From Octopus bimaculoides (Eukaryota), in contig NC_068981.1 in assembly GCF_001194135.2 (NCBI RefSeq), forward strand, positions 77,838,544-77,873,893: a stretch of 35,350 bases of DNA, written 5' to 3'. This document shows, piece after piece, positions 33,804 to 35,350 of this stretch (its first letter is position 1; each line of letters opens with the position of its first letter). The position numbers were made by a program, and so were the translations under genes. The notes under the pieces were generated by a model. The model was not told the DNA's origin. It saw nothing but the letters and a program-made list of their open reading frames with translations, and searched no databases.

Positions 33804-33947
33804 AAGAAGAAGAAGAAGAAGAAGAAGAAGAAGAAGAAGAAGAAGAAGAAGAAGAAGAAGAAGAAGAAGAAGAAGAAGAAGAAGAAGAAGAAGAAGAAGA
33901 AGAAGAAGAAGAAGAAGAAGAAGAAGAAGAAGAAGAAGAAGAAGAAG
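33741..33947. repeat. Compound (AAT)11(AAG)58 microsatellite
   Basis: Counts derived from the poly-N/poly-K ORF 33732..34100. Confidence 0.95.
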
Positions 33948-33959
33948 AATGGCAATGGA

Positions 33960-34170
33960 AGCAGCAAGCTGGCAGAATCGTTAGCACACAATACAAAATG
34001 CTTAGCAGCATTTCGTCGCCTTTACATTCAGAGTTCAAATGCTATCGTGGCTGTCTTTGCTTTTCGTCCTTTCGTGGTCGATAAAATAAGTACCAGTTGA
34101 TCACTGGGGTCGATGTAATCGTCTTAACCTTTCACTCGTAATTTCATGCCTTCTGTCAAAATTTGAAACC
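33960..34170 (+). mobile_element. tRNA-derived SINE (Meta/MESC-like family), full length
   Basis: gcagcaagctggcagaatcgttagcac...cctttcgtggtcgataaaataagtaccag...gtcaaaatttgaaacc. Confidence 0.9.
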
Positions 34171-35307
34171 AATAATAGTAATGATGATCATTTCTTTTAA
34201 TTGCCAAATGGGCATCTGATGAGGGGAGAATTAGAGGCACGAATAAGATTTGTGTGGACGTTACATTTTAAAATGATGAGAGGAAGGAGAGATGAGATTT
34301 TAACAAATGTATACATAGTGTACAGAATATGGGAACACAGTGAATCAAGGAAGGCCACAAATCTAGTAACACTCTGATGACTAAGAACCCCAGCCCTCAC
34401 TCAGCTGCTGTTCTTCCGTCTACAGGCATCACTGGTTATTCGGACTTTATGCATCTTTACCTTAACCAAACACAACCCTAATAATCACCTCTTTCGAGGA
34501 AGCTAACCGAAATCTTTACTGACTTTAGAGGAGAAATACAAGTATTTTAAAAATACTAAAAACGTTTCTATTCTCAATAAACTATTCTGATGACGAATTG
34601 TTAGAAATTTTAGTAAAAGTAGAGTATACAGGTATTTTAAAGCTCATCCAATCAATTTCTATTGATATCGTTAGCAATTTTCTTGGAACATGAAAAATCG
34701 AACAAAGTAATTCCTGCTTCATTATAAATCAATAAACTAATAATTAAGATTGCAAATACAACGTTGTTATCAGAAACTTAATCTTGCTTGTCTTTACCTT
34801 TAAATCTTTTATTTAACATATTAATCAGTCTTCTGATCCGTCTGTTGTACTATCGAACATGACTTTCAATATTACTCATTTCTAAGTCTATCGTTCTATT
34901 GCAATATGTCTCTGCTTTCAGACATATAATTTCATATTGATAAAGTTAACGTGGTGTCCGTGCAACATTGCTGATGAAAAACCAGTTTGTCTTCTACAGA
35001 TATAGGTCGAATACAGATACTATTTTAATTTGAGAGAAGCAATCAACACAACAGAGAAACGAAGCACATTTCTATGAAACGTAAATTGAATGAAAATTTC
35101 TTTTTTAACATTTTTTTTCATTGATTTCATTTCCATTCTATGGACAACGATTATTCATAGAGACCTTGTTTTATGATTCTTGTTTGTTAAGTGAATTATA
35201 GTTGTTTGAGTTCATAGAGTGTTAGATTTATAACTTGAGGATTCACTGGTTCACATCTCATAAGACCCATATTCGCAAATTCACAAACTCTAACGGTGAA
35301 TTTTTAT

Positions 35308-35350
<43 letters not shown>

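Noticed and set aside
33703-34100. Poly-K, poly-R, poly-S and poly-F ORFs
   Set aside because: Read-throughs of the (AAT)n(AAG)n array and the adjacent SINE.
1-35350. CRISPR arrays, rRNA genes, operons, telomeric repeats
   Set aside because: No regularly spaced repeat-spacer structure or such sequences are present; this is eukaryotic repeat-rich DNA.

Overview
AT-rich, microsatellite-dense eukaryotic DNA with five assembly gaps. The SINE, microsatellite and LINE content suggests a coleoid cephalopod such as Octopus (inference). No long intact ORF is present; most ORFs in the supplied track are microsatellite read-throughs. The window is mostly old mobile DNA: about a dozen tRNA-derived SINEs, many fragments of R4/Dong-like RLE non-LTR retrotransposons associated with (TAA)n, Helentron-like non-autonomous ends, and several Penelope-like (PLE) remnants, two with recognisable GIY-YIG sequence. 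The best lead is a set of hammerhead-ribozyme motifs: one with an intact catalytic core at 29217-29304 just downstream of a GIY-YIG relic, and two degenerate ones at 834-885 and 14453-14488. Other leads are a head-to-head pair of LINE 3' ends forming a ~230-bp inverted repeat, a Helentron-head/SINE composite present twice, an unexplained 26-bp-arm hairpin, and a chain of short candidate minus-strand exons whose spliced product weakly resembles the N-terminal MPEG1/perforin-2 motif. Family assignments come from motif recognition only; no database search was run. Element boundaries are approximate.
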